The position numbers and the translations under genes were made by a program. A stretch of 64,000 nt of DNA from an uncultured Gammaproteobacteria bacterium (GTDB taxonomy: Bacteria > Pseudomonadota > Gammaproteobacteria > Steroidobacterales > GCA-2729495). Positions 19,374-29,424 of this stretch are shown piece after piece (position 1 is the first letter of the stretch; every line of letters starts with the position of its first letter). Location: positions 132,679-196,678 of the forward strand of contig CAWEDX010000007.1 of the NCBI GenBank assembly GCA_963807995.1, written 5' to 3'. Under the pieces are notes generated by a model. The model had not been told where the DNA came from. It ran no database searches and was given only the letters and a program-made list of their open reading frames with translations.

Positions 19374-20051
19374 CTACCCCTCAATACTGCAAGACAGGGT
19401 GCGGGAGATTTCGCACAGCGGGCGACCACTTTCCTCGCGCCAGTCATTAAACGCCCCCTGCACCTGGATCAGGTCCCGTTTGGCGGTCGGAAATTTGTCA
19501 ATCACGCCCTGGCGAATCAACGCGCCGACCACGTCGCGCGCCAGTATGAAAGTATCTTTGCCGACACGGCGCAGAAAAAACTGCCCGCTGCGGCCACCCA
19601 GTCGACTGCCACGCTTCTTCAGCTCGGCGTGCAGGCCAATGATGTCCGTTTCCGGCCAGGCGGCCAGATAATCGCCAAAGCCCTTGTGCTCCTGCTCGAC
19701 CTCAAGAATGAACTGGGCGTTGTCGCGCACGCTTAACAATTTTTTATAGTGGCGGATAACCCGGGTATCACCGGTCAGCGCTTCAATAGCCTCATCAGGC
19801 TGGTAAGCGCAGGCTACCGGGTCAAAGCTGTGCAGGGCTTCGGTCATGGTCTGCCACTTGTAGTCGACGATGCGCCAGACAAAACCAGAACGGAACACGG
19901 CCCGGCTCATTTCCGATAAATACATGTCGCCGCCCTGGGCACGCAGCGCGCGAGCACTGAGCGGCTTGGGCATATGCTCGCGCAGGGCAGCCTCGCCGCC
20001 TTTCAGGTTGACGGCGCGATCATAGATGCTGGCGAAACTTTCCATGGCCAC
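19374..20051 (-). CDS. DNA-3-methyladenine glycosylase I (Tag)-like protein, atypical N-terminus
   Basis: The central region LSEMSRAVFRSGFVWRIVDYKWQTMTEALHSFDPVACAYQPDEAIEALTGDTRVIRHYKKL aligns by eye to E. coli Tag LFEMICLEGQQAGLSWITVLKKRENYRACFHQFDPVKVA...IIRHRGKI. The Tag N-terminal Cys/YHDxEWG segment is not present. Confidence 0.55.
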   Translation of the reverse strand: MAMESFASIYDRAVNLKGGEAALREHMPKPLSARALRAQGGDMYLSEMSRAVFRSGFVWRIVDYKWQTMTEALHSFDPVACAYQPDEAIEALTGDTRVIRHYKKLLSVRDNAQFILEVEQEHKGFGDYLAAWPETDIIGLHAELKKRGSRLGGRSGQFFLRRVGKDTFILARDVVGALIRQGVIDKFPTAKRDLIQVQGAFNDWREESGRPLCEISRTLSCSIEG

Positions 20052-20105
20052 ATGATAGCGAGATGCGTAGCTGCCATGACCACCCGCTGCCCGCCGAGCG
20101 CCAAA

Positions 20106-20486
20106 CTAATCCAGCGCGCGATAATTTTCCCAGCGAAAGCGAGGCGTACAAAGACACAGGAACACCAGGTCGACCGTGCCGATATTCTCAATTTGCTGGG
20201 AAACTTCTGCCGGGATCAGCAAAACGTCGCCGGGGCCGACCTCCTGAGCCGGTGCGTCGCCAATCAATGCACGCCCCTGGCCCTCAAGAATGACGTAGCG
20301 TTCTGCCGTAGCCTTCAGGCTATGCGGGCGCGTAATAACTCCGGCCGGCACGCGCGCGCGGGCAATGGATAATTCCGGATCATCGGCCAGGTTGGCCAGC
20401 TCCAGAATATGGCAGCGCTCCTCGCTGAGATATTCGTCAGCTTCGTTCAGCGGCCGGTATATCACCCGCTGCAGTGGTGTATTCAC
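20106..20486 (-). CDS. cupin domain protein
   Basis: 126 aa. RPHSLKATAERYVILEGQG...GPGDVLLIPAEVSQQIENIG fits the cupin motif pair. Confidence 0.7.
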   Translation of the reverse strand: MNTPLQRVIYRPLNEADEYLSEERCHILELANLADDPELSIARARVPAGVITRPHSLKATAERYVILEGQGRALIGDAPAQEVGPGDVLLIPAEVSQQIENIGTVDLVFLCLCTPRFRWENYRALD

Positions 20487-20495
20487 AGTGATTTC

Positions 20496-21696
20496 TTACT
20501 CCGTCCTGAGCGCCTGCACGGGATCCAGCGCCGCGGCGCGCTGCGCCGGCACCACGCCGGCCAGCAAGCCAATCACCAGTGACAACAGCAGGGCCGCCGC
20601 CGCGTAAGGCAGCGAATAGGACAGCGGCATGCTCGGTAACAGCAACCGGGCCAGTTCGACGATAGCCGCACCGAGCAACAGCCCGGCCAGGCCGCCGAAG
20701 CCGGCCAGCAAAATGGACTCGCCAACAAACAGGTTGCGCACCTGGCTGCGGCGCGCACCCACGGCGCGCAACAGGCCAATCTCGAAAGTTCGCTCACGGA
20801 CCGCGATGGTCATGATGGTAAAAATGCCCACACCGCCGACCAGCAGCGAGATACTGCCCAGCGCGCCGACGGCCAGGGTCACCACGTTGAGCACCGAACC
20901 GAGTACATCGAGCATTTGCTGCTGGGTAACAATCGTGAAGTCCTCACCACCGTGACGCGTAATCAGCATGCGACGCACCCCACTGACCACTTCATCGGCC
21001 ACCGAAGCATCCGAATACAACACGTCGATTTCAAACAGACCCTCGCGATTAAACAGGGACAGTCCCCGGGCCGCGGGAATGTAGACCACATCGTCCAGAT
21101 CCATGCCCAGCACCGTGCCTTTGGACTCCATCACACCGATGACCTGGTAACCGATCACCGCCGACGCGAATACGTGCGCCGAGCGGATTGGCGCTGCCAT
21201 ATAGTTCGTCGCGCAGCTTGCTGCCAAGCACTGCCAGGGCGCGTGGCGCGCGCGGATCGTCGGGCGGTAAAAACTCGCCCAGGGCGACGCCAAAGGAAAA
21301 CACTCGTGGCATTTCCGGACCCACACCGCTCACCATCACGCGGCGCTCGCGGCCGTTGGCCACCACCGAAGCATTGCCCTGCACCGCGGCCATGGTGTCG
21401 ATGACGTAAGGCACGCGCTTGAGCGCCTCGGCATCATCCAGAGTTAACGGACGCTGCGAATTGATTACCCCGGTGGGCGCACCAAAAGTGCTGGTAACAC
21501 CGGGATTGATAGCAACTATATTGGTGCCGAACTGGGTAAATTCCGTCAGCATGTATTCACGCAGGCCGGTACCGATGGAAGTCAGCAGCACCACGGCGGT
21601 CACGCCGATGGCAATCCCCAGGGCGGTCAGACTGCTGCGCAGTCGATGCGACAAGGCCGACGAGAAGGTGTAGCGCAGCAGATCGCGAACTTCCAT
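20496..21696 (-). pseudogene. ABC transporter permease, FtsX/MacB-type, one frame disruption
   Basis: N-terminal part is in ORF 21049..21729 (MEVRDLLRYTFSSALSHRLRSSLTALGIAIG...ARIRVGGDR). C-terminal part is in ORF 20496..21326 (YQVIGVMESKG...RERTFEIGLLRAVGARRSQV...). The frames meet at about 21148-21152, within ggtgatcggttaccaggtc on the coding strand. Confidence 0.8.
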
Positions 21697-21697
21697 C

Positions 21698-22909
21698 TCA
21701 GCGCCCGGTGAGTGCGGCGATCGGATCAAGATCGGCGGCCCGGCGCGCCGGCAGGATACCGAAAAACAGGCCCGAGACCATGGCAGTCAGCAAGGCCCCG
21801 GCCACCGCCCACAGCGGTGGCGAAAACTCGAACTCCGGAAACAGGCTTAGCAGCACACCGATGACCGTGTAGCCGAAGCCAATGCCGATGACGCCACCCA
21901 TGGCGGCCAGGAATAGCGCCTCGGTAACGAACAGGCCGATGATCTGGCGGCGCGTTGCACCCAGCGCCTTGAGCAAACCAATCTCCGCGGTGCGCTGACT
22001 GACGGCCACCAGCATCACGTTCATAATCAACACGCCCGCCACCACCAGGCTGACGGAAGCGATGGCGGCCAGCGCCTTGGTCAGATTGCCGAAAATACCG
22101 TCGAAAGTTTCCAGCACGGCGTCCTGGGTAATCACCGTGACATCTTCTTCACCGTAGTGCCGGTCTTTAATTATGCGCGTGATATCGCGCTTGGCCGGCA
22201 GCATGGCATCGCGGCTCTTGGCCTGGATCAGAATGCGAAACAGCCCGGGCGAATCGAACATGGCCTGCGCTGATACCACCGGCACGAGAATCACTTCATC
22301 CACATCAATGCCTACCGACTGACCCTGCTCGGCCAGCACCCCGGTTACCCGGCAACGTCGGTCACCGACCCGCAGCCACTGTCCCAGGGGCATGTCGTTG
22401 CCAAACAACTCCTTGCGAATGGTGGCGCCGACCACGCACAGGGGCGCGGCCCGCTCCATGCCGACGCCGGGCATAAACTCGCCCAGGGCCATAGTCCACT
22501 CGCGAATGGTGGCGAAGTCGGCCGTGGTCCCCAGCACAGGCACCTCGCGCTCCAGCGAACCGCGGTTCACCGAGGCGGCGCCGACAATAACCGGCGCGGC
22601 CAGGCTGACGTACGGACTGCGCAAAGTGGCGCGCGCATCGTCCAGGGTCAGGTCACGCGGGGTTTCCGCCAGCATCATGCCGGGACCACCGCCACCACTG
22701 GTTTCCGAACGCCCCGGCAAGACAATAATCAGGTGCGTACCCAGGGAACGAAACTCGCCACTGACAAAGGCGCGCGCCGCCTCGCCCAGGGAAGTCAGCA
22801 CCAGCACCGCGGCCACGCCAATGGCGGTGGCCAGAAGCATCATGAAAGTACGGCCGGGATAGCGCAGCAATGCACCGGCGGCCATGCGATTGGTATCCAG
22901 GTACCTCAT
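21698..22909 (-). CDS. ABC transporter permease, FtsX/MacB-type
   Basis: 403 aa with the same architecture as the downstream paralogue (QRTAEIGLLKALGATRRQI). Confidence 0.9.
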   Translation of the reverse strand: MRYLDTNRMAAGALLRYPGRTFMMLLATAIGVAAVLVLTSLGEAARAFVSGEFRSLGTHLIIVLPGRSETSGGGGPGMMLAETPRDLTLDDARATLRSPYVSLAAPVIVGAASVNRGSLEREVPVLGTTADFATIREWTMALGEFMPGVGMERAAPLCVVGATIRKELFGNDMPLGQWLRVGDRRCRVTGVLAEQGQSVGIDVDEVILVPVVSAQAMFDSPGLFRILIQAKSRDAMLPAKRDITRIIKDRHYGEEDVTVITQDAVLETFDGIFGNLTKALAAIASVSLVVAGVLIMNVMLVAVSQRTAEIGLLKALGATRRQIIGLFVTEALFLAAMGGVIGIGFGYTVIGVLLSLFPEFEFSPPLWAVAGALLTAMVSGLFFGILPARRAADLDPIAALTGR

Positions 22910-23583
22910 ACGGCGGCGCTGTCTTCGGCCAGTTTGCCATCGCGGAATTTGAGCTGCCGATGCGCGCGCCGACCCACGGCACGATCGTGGGTAACTACCA
23001 GCAGCGTCAGGCCCTGGCCATTCAGGTCTTCCATCAGCTGGACGATTTCCTCCCCCGAGTGGCTGTCGAGATTACCGGTGGGCTCGTCAGCCAATAACAA
23101 TTTTGGCTGCATGACGATGGCCCGGGCGATCGCCACCCGCTGACGTTCACCGCCGGACAGCTGGTTGGGCCGATGATCGAAGCGATGCGCAAGCCCGACG
23201 CGATCCAGGGCCACCTCACCCAGCTGGCGACGCTGCGCGGACGCCTGTCCGGCCAGCACCATGGGCAGCTCCACGTTCTCAAAGGCACTCAGCCGCGGCA
23301 CCAGGTGAAAGGACTGGAAGACAAAGCCGATCTGGCTCTGACGGGTGGCGGCCAGGTGATCATCATCCATCTGCGAGGTGTTCTTGCCGTCCAGCCAGTA
23401 ACTGCCGGCGGTGGGCGTATCCAGCAGTCCGAGAATATTCAGCAGGGTCGACTTGCCCGAGCCGGACGGCCCCATGATGGACACGTATTGACCGGCGGGA
23501 ATGCTCAGCTGAACCTGGTCAAGCGCATGCACCACCTGATCACCGACCTGGAAATCGCGGCAAAGGCCTTTTAATTCGATCAT
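22906..23583 (-). CDS. ABC transporter ATP-binding protein (MacB/LolD-like)
   Basis: GPSGSGKSTLLN, LSGGERQRVAIARA, LLLADEPTGNLD. Confidence 0.95.
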   Translation of the reverse strand: MIELKGLCRDFQVGDQVVHALDQVQLSIPAGQYVSIMGPSGSGKSTLLNILGLLDTPTAGSYWLDGKNTSQMDDDHLAATRQSQIGFVFQSFHLVPRLSAFENVELPMVLAGQASAQRRQLGEVALDRVGLAHRFDHRPNQLSGGERQRVAIARAIVMQPKLLLADEPTGNLDSHSGEEIVQLMEDLNGQGLTLLVVTHDRAVGRRAHRQLKFRDGKLAEDSAAV

Positions 23584-23598
23584 TGCGACGGTTGCCGT

Positions 23599-24726
23599 CT
23601 AATCGCTGACGGCGGCCGCACCGGCGACAACACCCTCGCGATCAACGGACAGCACCACCAGCTCGCCTTCACTCAGGCCATCCAGCACCTCGACATATTC
23701 CCAGTTTGCAGTGCCGCGCGTGACCTCACGCGCTTCGAGTATGCCGTCCACCAGCACCAGCGCTCGCGTACCTTCAATCAGGGCCTGGGTCGGCACGCGC
23801 AGCACGTCATCGCGGCTGGACAGCAACACCTCAACGTCGGCGCTGTAACCCGGCAACAGGTTGGCATCGCCACGCTCACGAATCTCCGCCTCAATCTCAA
23901 CGGTACGTGCCTGCTTTTCCTGATCAAGGACATAGGGCGCGACGCGTCGCACCACCCCGGCAAAGCGCTGGCCGGGAAAGGCATCCATGGTCACCATGGC
24001 CGATTGACCAGAGCGCACCGCCGGCGCATCGACTTCATCGATGGGCGCACTGATATACAGACAGCTGTTGTCGATCAGATCGACCGTCGGTGGCGTCTGG
24101 ATGCCCACCGGCGAAGGGGTAATAAATTCGCCCAGTTCTCCATTAATCTTGGCGATGACGCCGTCAAAGGGTGCGCGCAGGATGGTGCGCTCCAGGCGCG
24201 CACGCGCGACGGTAATGCGCGAGTCGTTGACCTTCGCGGCATCGCGAGTGGCCTTGCAGCCGGCAGCCAGCGCCTTGGCGTTGCCGCGGGCACGGTCGGT
24301 CTCTTCCTCGGAGGACAGGCCGCGCTCAAGCAGGCTCTCCAGTCGCCGAGCCTCGCGTGAGGCCACATCGGCACGCACACAGGCCTCATCGGCACGGCCG
24401 ACGGCGGCCACGGCATCGCGCTGCGCGAGCAGTAGCTCCGCCTGCAAATCATCGTTCCAGAGTTCCAGCAGAATCTGCTCGGCCTGCACCGCGTCACCCT
24501 CGCGCGCCGGCAATTTGGCCAGCTGACCACCAACGCCCGGCGACAGGCCGGCGCGGCGACAGGCGTCGACAGTGCCGGCGCGGGTATTGGAAACCGTGGC
24601 CACCACGGTGCCCCGGGCTACGGCAATAACACTGACGGAAATCGGCTGGGGTCGCATCAGGAAGACCACAGCGGCGGCTGCGACCAGCAGTATCAGCACC
24701 AGGATGACGAGGTTGCGTTTGCTCAA
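23599..24726 (-). CDS. efflux periplasmic adaptor subunit (HlyD/MacA-like)
   Basis: N-terminal TM (LVILVLILLVAAAAVVFL), coiled-coil hairpin, barrel domains. First gene of the adaptor-ATPase-permease-permease operon. Confidence 0.85.
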   Translation of the reverse strand: MSKRNLVILVLILLVAAAAVVFLMRPQPISVSVIAVARGTVVATVSNTRAGTVDACRRAGLSPGVGGQLAKLPAREGDAVQAEQILLELWNDDLQAELLLAQRDAVAAVGRADEACVRADVASREARRLESLLERGLSSEEETDRARGNAKALAAGCKATRDAAKVNDSRITVARARLERTILRAPFDGVIAKINGELGEFITPSPVGIQTPPTVDLIDNSCLYISAPIDEVDAPAVRSGQSAMVTMDAFPGQRFAGVVRRVAPYVLDQEKQARTVEIEAEIRERGDANLLPGYSADVEVLLSSRDDVLRVPTQALIEGTRALVLVDGILEAREVTRGTANWEYVEVLDGLSEGELVVLSVDREGVVAGAAAVSD

Positions 24727-24815
24727 GAATCGACTCCGCAGCGGCCAGAAAGCATAGAAGCGCGCCAGTATAAAGGCGCGGCGCTGCAGCGATGATTGGG
24801 GCTTTCCGCAACCAG

Positions 24816-24835
24816 TACTGTATATTCATACAGAT
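24816..24835 (+). promoter_or_regulatory. LexA (SOS) box
   Basis: TACTGTATATTCATACAGAT. CTGT(24818-24821)-N8-ACAG(24830-24833) with an AT-rich spacer, close to the gammaproteobacterial consensus TACTGTATATATATACAGTA. It ends at the ATG (24834) of the radical SAM gene. Confidence 0.65.
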
Positions 24836-25922
24836 GTCGTCGCTGGAGAAAAAATTCGCCCCGCTGCGCGGTCGCGGTGCCACGGCCAATCCCGACGGGC
24901 GATTCGCGCGTCAGCGCAGCAGCCATGATCCCGCGCTCTGCGATGAATGGCCGGAACCTGGCAAAGACACCCGGCTGTTGCCCGAACGCTCGCGCAGCAT
25001 CGTCTCCACCAACCAATCACCCGATATCAATTTTCGTCAGTCCATCAACCCCTACCGCGGCTGCGAACACGGCTGCGTTTACTGTTATGCGCGCCCCGCC
25101 CATGCCTACATGGATTTGTCGCCGGGCCTGGATTTTGAAACGCAGATTTTTTTCAAAGCTGATGCTACCCAGCGATTGCGCGAATTCCTGGCCCGTCCCG
25201 GCTATCGCTGCCAGACCATCGCCATGGGCGCTAACACCGACGCCTACCAGCCGGCAGAGAAACAGCAAAGAATTACCCGCACACTGCTTGAGATCCTCTA
25301 CGCGCATCGCCACCCGGTCTCGGTGATTACCAAGTCCGCGCTGATTGAGCGTGACCTGGATTTGCTCACCAAACTGGCCGCAGACCGATTGGTGCAGGTG
25401 AGTATCAGCGTAACCACCCTGGACAACGACCTGAAGCGCGCGTTGGAACCGCGCACGGCATCACCGGCGCGGCGCCTGCGCAGCATTGAAACCCTCACCG
25501 CTGCGGGTATTCCGGTGAACCTGTTGCTGGCGCCGGTGATTCCCGGACTTAACGATCATGAGCTCGACGCGATTCTCGCTGCCGGCGCAGCAGCCGGCGC
25601 ACAACGAGCAGACTACATCCTGCTGCGTCTGCCGCACGAGGTGCGGCCGTTGTTTGTCGACTGGCTGGGCCAACAGCGGCCGCTGCGCGCCAGCCGGGTT
25701 ATGAATTTGCTGCGCCAATACCGCGGCGGGCGCGCCAATGATCCCTGCTTCGGCAGCCGCATGCGCGGCGAAGGACCGCTGGCTGAACTACTGCAACAGC
25801 GCTTTGCCAGCGCCTGTCGCCGCCATAAGCTGCAAACCGGTCACAGTGCGGCGTTAAATACCAACAGCTTTCGCGTGCCCGGTCGTGCCACCCAGGGGGA
25901 GCTGTTTAACTCGCCGGTTTAA
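24834..25922 (+). CDS. PA0069-family radical SAM protein
   Basis: Start trimmed to ATG 24834 (MSSLEKKFAPLRGRGATANPDGRF). Radical SAM cluster motif NPYRGCEHGCVYCYARP. Confidence 0.85.
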   Translation: MSSLEKKFAPLRGRGATANPDGRFARQRSSHDPALCDEWPEPGKDTRLLPERSRSIVSTNQSPDINFRQSINPYRGCEHGCVYCYARPAHAYMDLSPGLDFETQIFFKADATQRLREFLARPGYRCQTIAMGANTDAYQPAEKQQRITRTLLEILYAHRHPVSVITKSALIERDLDLLTKLAADRLVQVSISVTTLDNDLKRALEPRTASPARRLRSIETLTAAGIPVNLLLAPVIPGLNDHELDAILAAGAAAGAQRADYILLRLPHEVRPLFVDWLGQQRPLRASRVMNLLRQYRGGRANDPCFGSRMRGEGPLAELLQQRFASACRRHKLQTGHSAALNTNSFRVPGRATQGELFNSPV

Positions 25923-26611
25923 GGGCCAGGCGGTCGCGCCACGATGCGAAACTTCAGGCGCATTTCATCGCGCACCGTCAGCGCACCCAGCAGGGCACTG
26001 AAAGGCTCCAGACCCAAACTGGTCTGACTCAGGGTCAGCTCGCCAACCGCCACCAGCGCATCGTTCTCCCAGCGTGCCTGCAGCGGAAAACTCACCAGGG
26101 TTTGCTGCTCTTTGATCAGCAATTCAGCCTGCACGACCAGGGCATCCAGCGTGCCACTGACCTGGCGGCTGAACAAACTGATATCAGGATAGCTGGCTGC
26201 ATCCAGCAACTTGTCGCCGAGCATATTCGCGCGCGTGCCACTAATGTCATCGGGCGGAATCTCGCCAGGAAAATCCTCCCCTTCTTCTGCGCGCAGCTCG
26301 GGGCGGTCAACTTCAAGACTAATTACGGGAAAGCTGAGCTCGAGGTAAGCCTTGTTCAGGTCTTCGGTAAAGGCCACACGCCCTGTCAACTGGGTGGTAC
26401 TGATGACATGGTTGTGACCCAGACGGGCCAGGGCACCGTCACGATAGGCCAGCACTCGCAGCTCTGAAGAACCCGGCTCGATGCGCAGTTCGCGCGCGTT
26501 TTCCGGCCAGGGCAGACCGGACTGGGTCGGCAATTCGGGCGCGTCGCGCAGCGGCGCACAGGCGAATAACCAGGGCAACAGCAGCGCCAGCTGCCAGACT
26601 TGTCTCGGCAT
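25919..26611 (-). CDS. YceI-like periplasmic protein
   Basis: Signal peptide, then [20 protein letters not shown] and [18 protein letters not shown], typical of YceI-like barrels. Its stop overlaps the convergent radical SAM stop (TTAA). Confidence 0.7.
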   Translation of the reverse strand: MPRQVWQLALLLPWLFACAPLRDAPELPTQSGLPWPENARELRIEPGSSELRVLAYRDGALARLGHNHVISTTQLTGRVAFTEDLNKAYLELSFPVISLEVDRPELRAEEGEDFPGEIPPDDISGTRANMLGDKLLDAASYPDISLFSRQVSGTLDALVVQAELLIKEQQTLVSFPLQARWENDALVAVGELTLSQTSLGLEPFSALLGALTVRDEMRLKFRIVARPPGP

Positions 26612-26731
26612 AATCTCGCTCCTTTAACAACATCATGTTGCCCGTTCCGGCGCGCACAGACCACGGCTTGTTGCCGTCGGGCTCAGCCCCTTATAGTCAG
26701 GCGCCACCCGCCAACGGAAACTCACCCAGTC

Positions 26732-27208
26732 ATGGCAGAGTTTGAGTTACAAATTAACGGCCAGTCCATGGCCGTAGACGCGCCCGATGACATGCCGCTG
26801 CTGTGGGTATTACGCGATCGGCTGGGCATGACGGCCACGCGTTTTGGCTGCGGCAAAGGGCTGTGCGGCGCCTGCACCGTGCATGTGGATGGTCAGGCTG
26901 TACGCAGCTGCCTGACGCCGGCGGCCAGCCTGGCCGGCCGCCAGGTAACCACCCTGGAGGGCCTGGACACAAGCCATCCGGTGCTGCGCGCCTGGGCTGA
27001 TATTGAAGTACCCCAGTGCGGCTATTGCCAGGCGGGCCAGATGATGTCGGCCGCCGCCTTGCTGGCCAGCAACGCCACGCCCGACGAAGATGAAATCATC
27101 AGCGCCATGAACGGTAACCTGTGTCGTTGCGGCACTTACCTGCGCATTCGCAAAGCGGTGGCGCGCGCCGCCGAACTGGCGGCCGACCAGCCGGCCAGCG
27201 AGCGATGA
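26732..27208 (+). CDS. (2Fe-2S)-binding small subunit of a molybdenum hydroxylase (IorA-like)
   Basis: Start trimmed to ATG 26732 ([11 protein letters not shown]). [12 protein letters not shown] and [10 protein letters not shown]...GNLCRCGTY cluster motifs. Confidence 0.9.
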   Translation: MAEFELQINGQSMAVDAPDDMPLLWVLRDRLGMTATRFGCGKGLCGACTVHVDGQAVRSCLTPAASLAGRQVTTLEGLDTSHPVLRAWADIEVPQCGYCQAGQMMSAAALLASNATPDEDEIISAMNGNLCRCGTYLRIRKAVARAAELAADQPASER

Positions 27209-29400
27209 GCCGGTTGCCCGTTAACCGCCGGGTCTTCCTGCAGGCCAGCGGCGCAGGTGCGCTGACCCTGACCATTCCCTGGGCCTCGCCGGCGCACGCC
27301 GACAGCCCGTTAGCCGCCAACGCCTTCGTAACCCTGTTCAGCGACGGCCGGGCAGAACTCACCATTCCGCGTTCGGAAATGGGCCAGGGCATTCTCACCA
27401 CGCTCAGCATGTTGATCGCTGAAGAACTGGAACTACCCTGGGATAAGGTCAGCGCCCGACAGGCCATGGCCGATGCCCGGCTTTACGGCGCCCAGGGGAC
27501 CGGCGGCAGCGCCTCGGTGCGCACGCGTTACACCGATCTGCGTAAGGCCGGCGCCGCCGTACGCGAAATGTTGCGCAGCGCGGCAGCCAGTAAATGGCAG
27601 CTGCCGCTTGCGGAGTGTCGCGCGATTCAGGGCAGGATCGTGCATTTGCCCAGCGGGCGGCGCAGCGAATACGCCAGCCTGCTGCCGCTGATCGCCAACA
27701 TGCCGGTACCGGCCGACCCAACCCTCAAACCGAACAGTGAGTTTCGACTGATCGGCCGCTCACAGCCGCTAATTGACCTGGACGCGATGCTTAGCGGCAA
27801 GGTCAGCTACGGCATCGATCAGCGCCAACCGGGCATGTTGTTTGCTGCCGTCGCCCGTTGCCCGATATTCGGTGGCAGCCTGGCAAGCGTGAATGACAGC
27901 GCTGCGAAAGATATCCAGGGCTACATACAGACCATTCAGATTCCCGCCATAACGGGTAATGCTGGTGTCGCACCTGGCGTCGCGGTGGTTGCCGATAGCA
28001 GCTGGGCGGCCTTTAAAGCCCGCGACGCCTTGCAAATCGACTGGCGCCCGCCGGCCGGCGAAGCGGAAAGCGATGCCGGCAACCTGGCTCGAATGCGTGC
28101 CTTGCTGGCGGCACCGGCGGAAGACGAACTGCTGAAAGTCGGCACGCCGGAAGCCAGCCTTGCAGCCGCAGGAAAAACGCTCAGCGCGGAGTATTCGTTG
28201 CCACTGCTGGCGCATGCTTCGCTGGAGCCGCAGAACTGCACGGCGCGTTTCCACGACGGATTGCTGGACTTGTGGTCACCCAGCCAGACACCCAACTTCG
28301 CGCGCATGCTGGCCGCCCAGGCTGCCGGCCTGGCGGCAGAGCAAGTGCGTCTGCACGTCACCCGCATCGGCGGATCATTCGGCCGCCGCCTGAACGTGGA
28401 CTTTGCCGTTGAAGCAGCGCTGGTCGCCAAGGCGCTGGACGGGCCGGCCGTGCAGGTTATCTGGAGCCGTGAGGATGATCTGCAGCATGATTTCTATCGG
28501 CCCTGTGCGCTGCATCGCCTGACCGCCAGTCAGGATGCCGACGGCATGCCGGAGGCCTGGGACCATCATTTCAGCACCCCGGCCATCTTCGCGGGCTACC
28601 AGTTGCCACCAAACAGCGATCGGCCCGGACTTTACGAAGCCACCGGTGCGGTTGACCTGCCCTATCGCGTTGCCCAGCGACGCTGCGCATTCTCGCGACT
28701 GCCTTCGCCGCTGCCGCTGGGCTGGTGGCGCGCCGTGTCGACCACGCATACCGCGTTTGCGGTGGAAAGTTTTATTGACGAACTGGCGCATGCGGCCGGT
28801 CGCGACCCGCTCGACTATCGGCTTGAATTGATGACCGCACCACCACAGGATTTGCCGGGTCAGGATGCGGCGTTCCCCTTCGATGTCGAACGGGCACGCA
28901 GCGTGCTGCGCCTGGCAGCCGACAAAGCCGGCTGGAAACAATCGCTGCCCGCCGGTCGCGGTCGCGGCATCGCTTTCAGTCGCGATCATCTGAGCTATTC
29001 CGCCACCGTGCTCGAAGTGTCGCTGCCGGAACCCGGCAGGATTCGTATCCATCGCGTAGTGACCGCGCTCGACTGCGGCCTGCTGATAAATCCGGCCGGC
29101 GCGCGCATGCAGGTCGAAGGCAGCGTCATGCAGGGTTTATCGGCGGCCTTGCGCGAAGCCGTGAAACTGACGGACGGACGGGTTGCGCAAACGAATTTCA
29201 ACGACTATCCGATTCTGCGTCAGTCCGAAGCGCCCGAGCGTATCGACGTCGTCCTGAGCAATAACGAGCATGCGCCCACGGGCGCCGGCGAACCGGCTCT
29301 GCCGGCGGTCGCGCCGGCGCTGGCCAATGCCGTGTTTGCGGCCAGCGGCAAGCGCTATCGCAGCCTGCCGCTAAATCGTAAGGCCCTGCTGGCCGGGTAA
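27205..29400 (+). CDS. molybdopterin-binding large subunit of a molybdenum hydroxylase (IorB/aldehyde oxidase-like), Tat-exported
   Basis: ATGA overlap with the small subunit. Twin-arginine signal [22 protein letters not shown]. About 730 aa of xanthine dehydrogenase family-like sequence. Confidence 0.9.
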   Translation: MSRLPVNRRVFLQASGAGALTLTIPWASPAHADSPLAANAFVTLFSDGRAELTIPRSEMGQGILTTLSMLIAEELELPWDKVSARQAMADARLYGAQGTGGSASVRTRYTDLRKAGAAVREMLRSAAASKWQLPLAECRAIQGRIVHLPSGRRSEYASLLPLIANMPVPADPTLKPNSEFRLIGRSQPLIDLDAMLSGKVSYGIDQRQPGMLFAAVARCPIFGGSLASVNDSAAKDIQGYIQTIQIPAITGNAGVAPGVAVVADSSWAAFKARDALQIDWRPPAGEAESDAGNLARMRALLAAPAEDELLKVGTPEASLAAAGKTLSAEYSLPLLAHASLEPQNCTARFHDGLLDLWSPSQTPNFARMLAAQAAGLAAEQVRLHVTRIGGSFGRRLNVDFAVEAALVAKALDGPAVQVIWSREDDLQHDFYRPCALHRLTASQDADGMPEAWDHHFSTPAIFAGYQLPPNSDRPGLYEATGAVDLPYRVAQRRCAFSRLPSPLPLGWWRAVSTTHTAFAVESFIDELAHAAGRDPLDYRLELMTAPPQDLPGQDAAFPFDVERARSVLRLAADKAGWKQSLPAGRGRGIAFSRDHLSYSATVLEVSLPEPGRIRIHRVVTALDCGLLINPAGARMQVEGSVMQGLSAALREAVKLTDGRVAQTNFNDYPILRQSEAPERIDVVLSNNEHAPTGAGEPALPAVAPALANAVFAASGKRYRSLPLNRKALLAG

Positions 29401-29424
29401 ATAGATGGCGGCGACTGCGGCCGA

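Noticed and set aside
28375-29052. 225-aa minus-strand ORF
   Set aside because: It lies antisense to the molybdenum hydroxylase large subunit. Shadow ORF.
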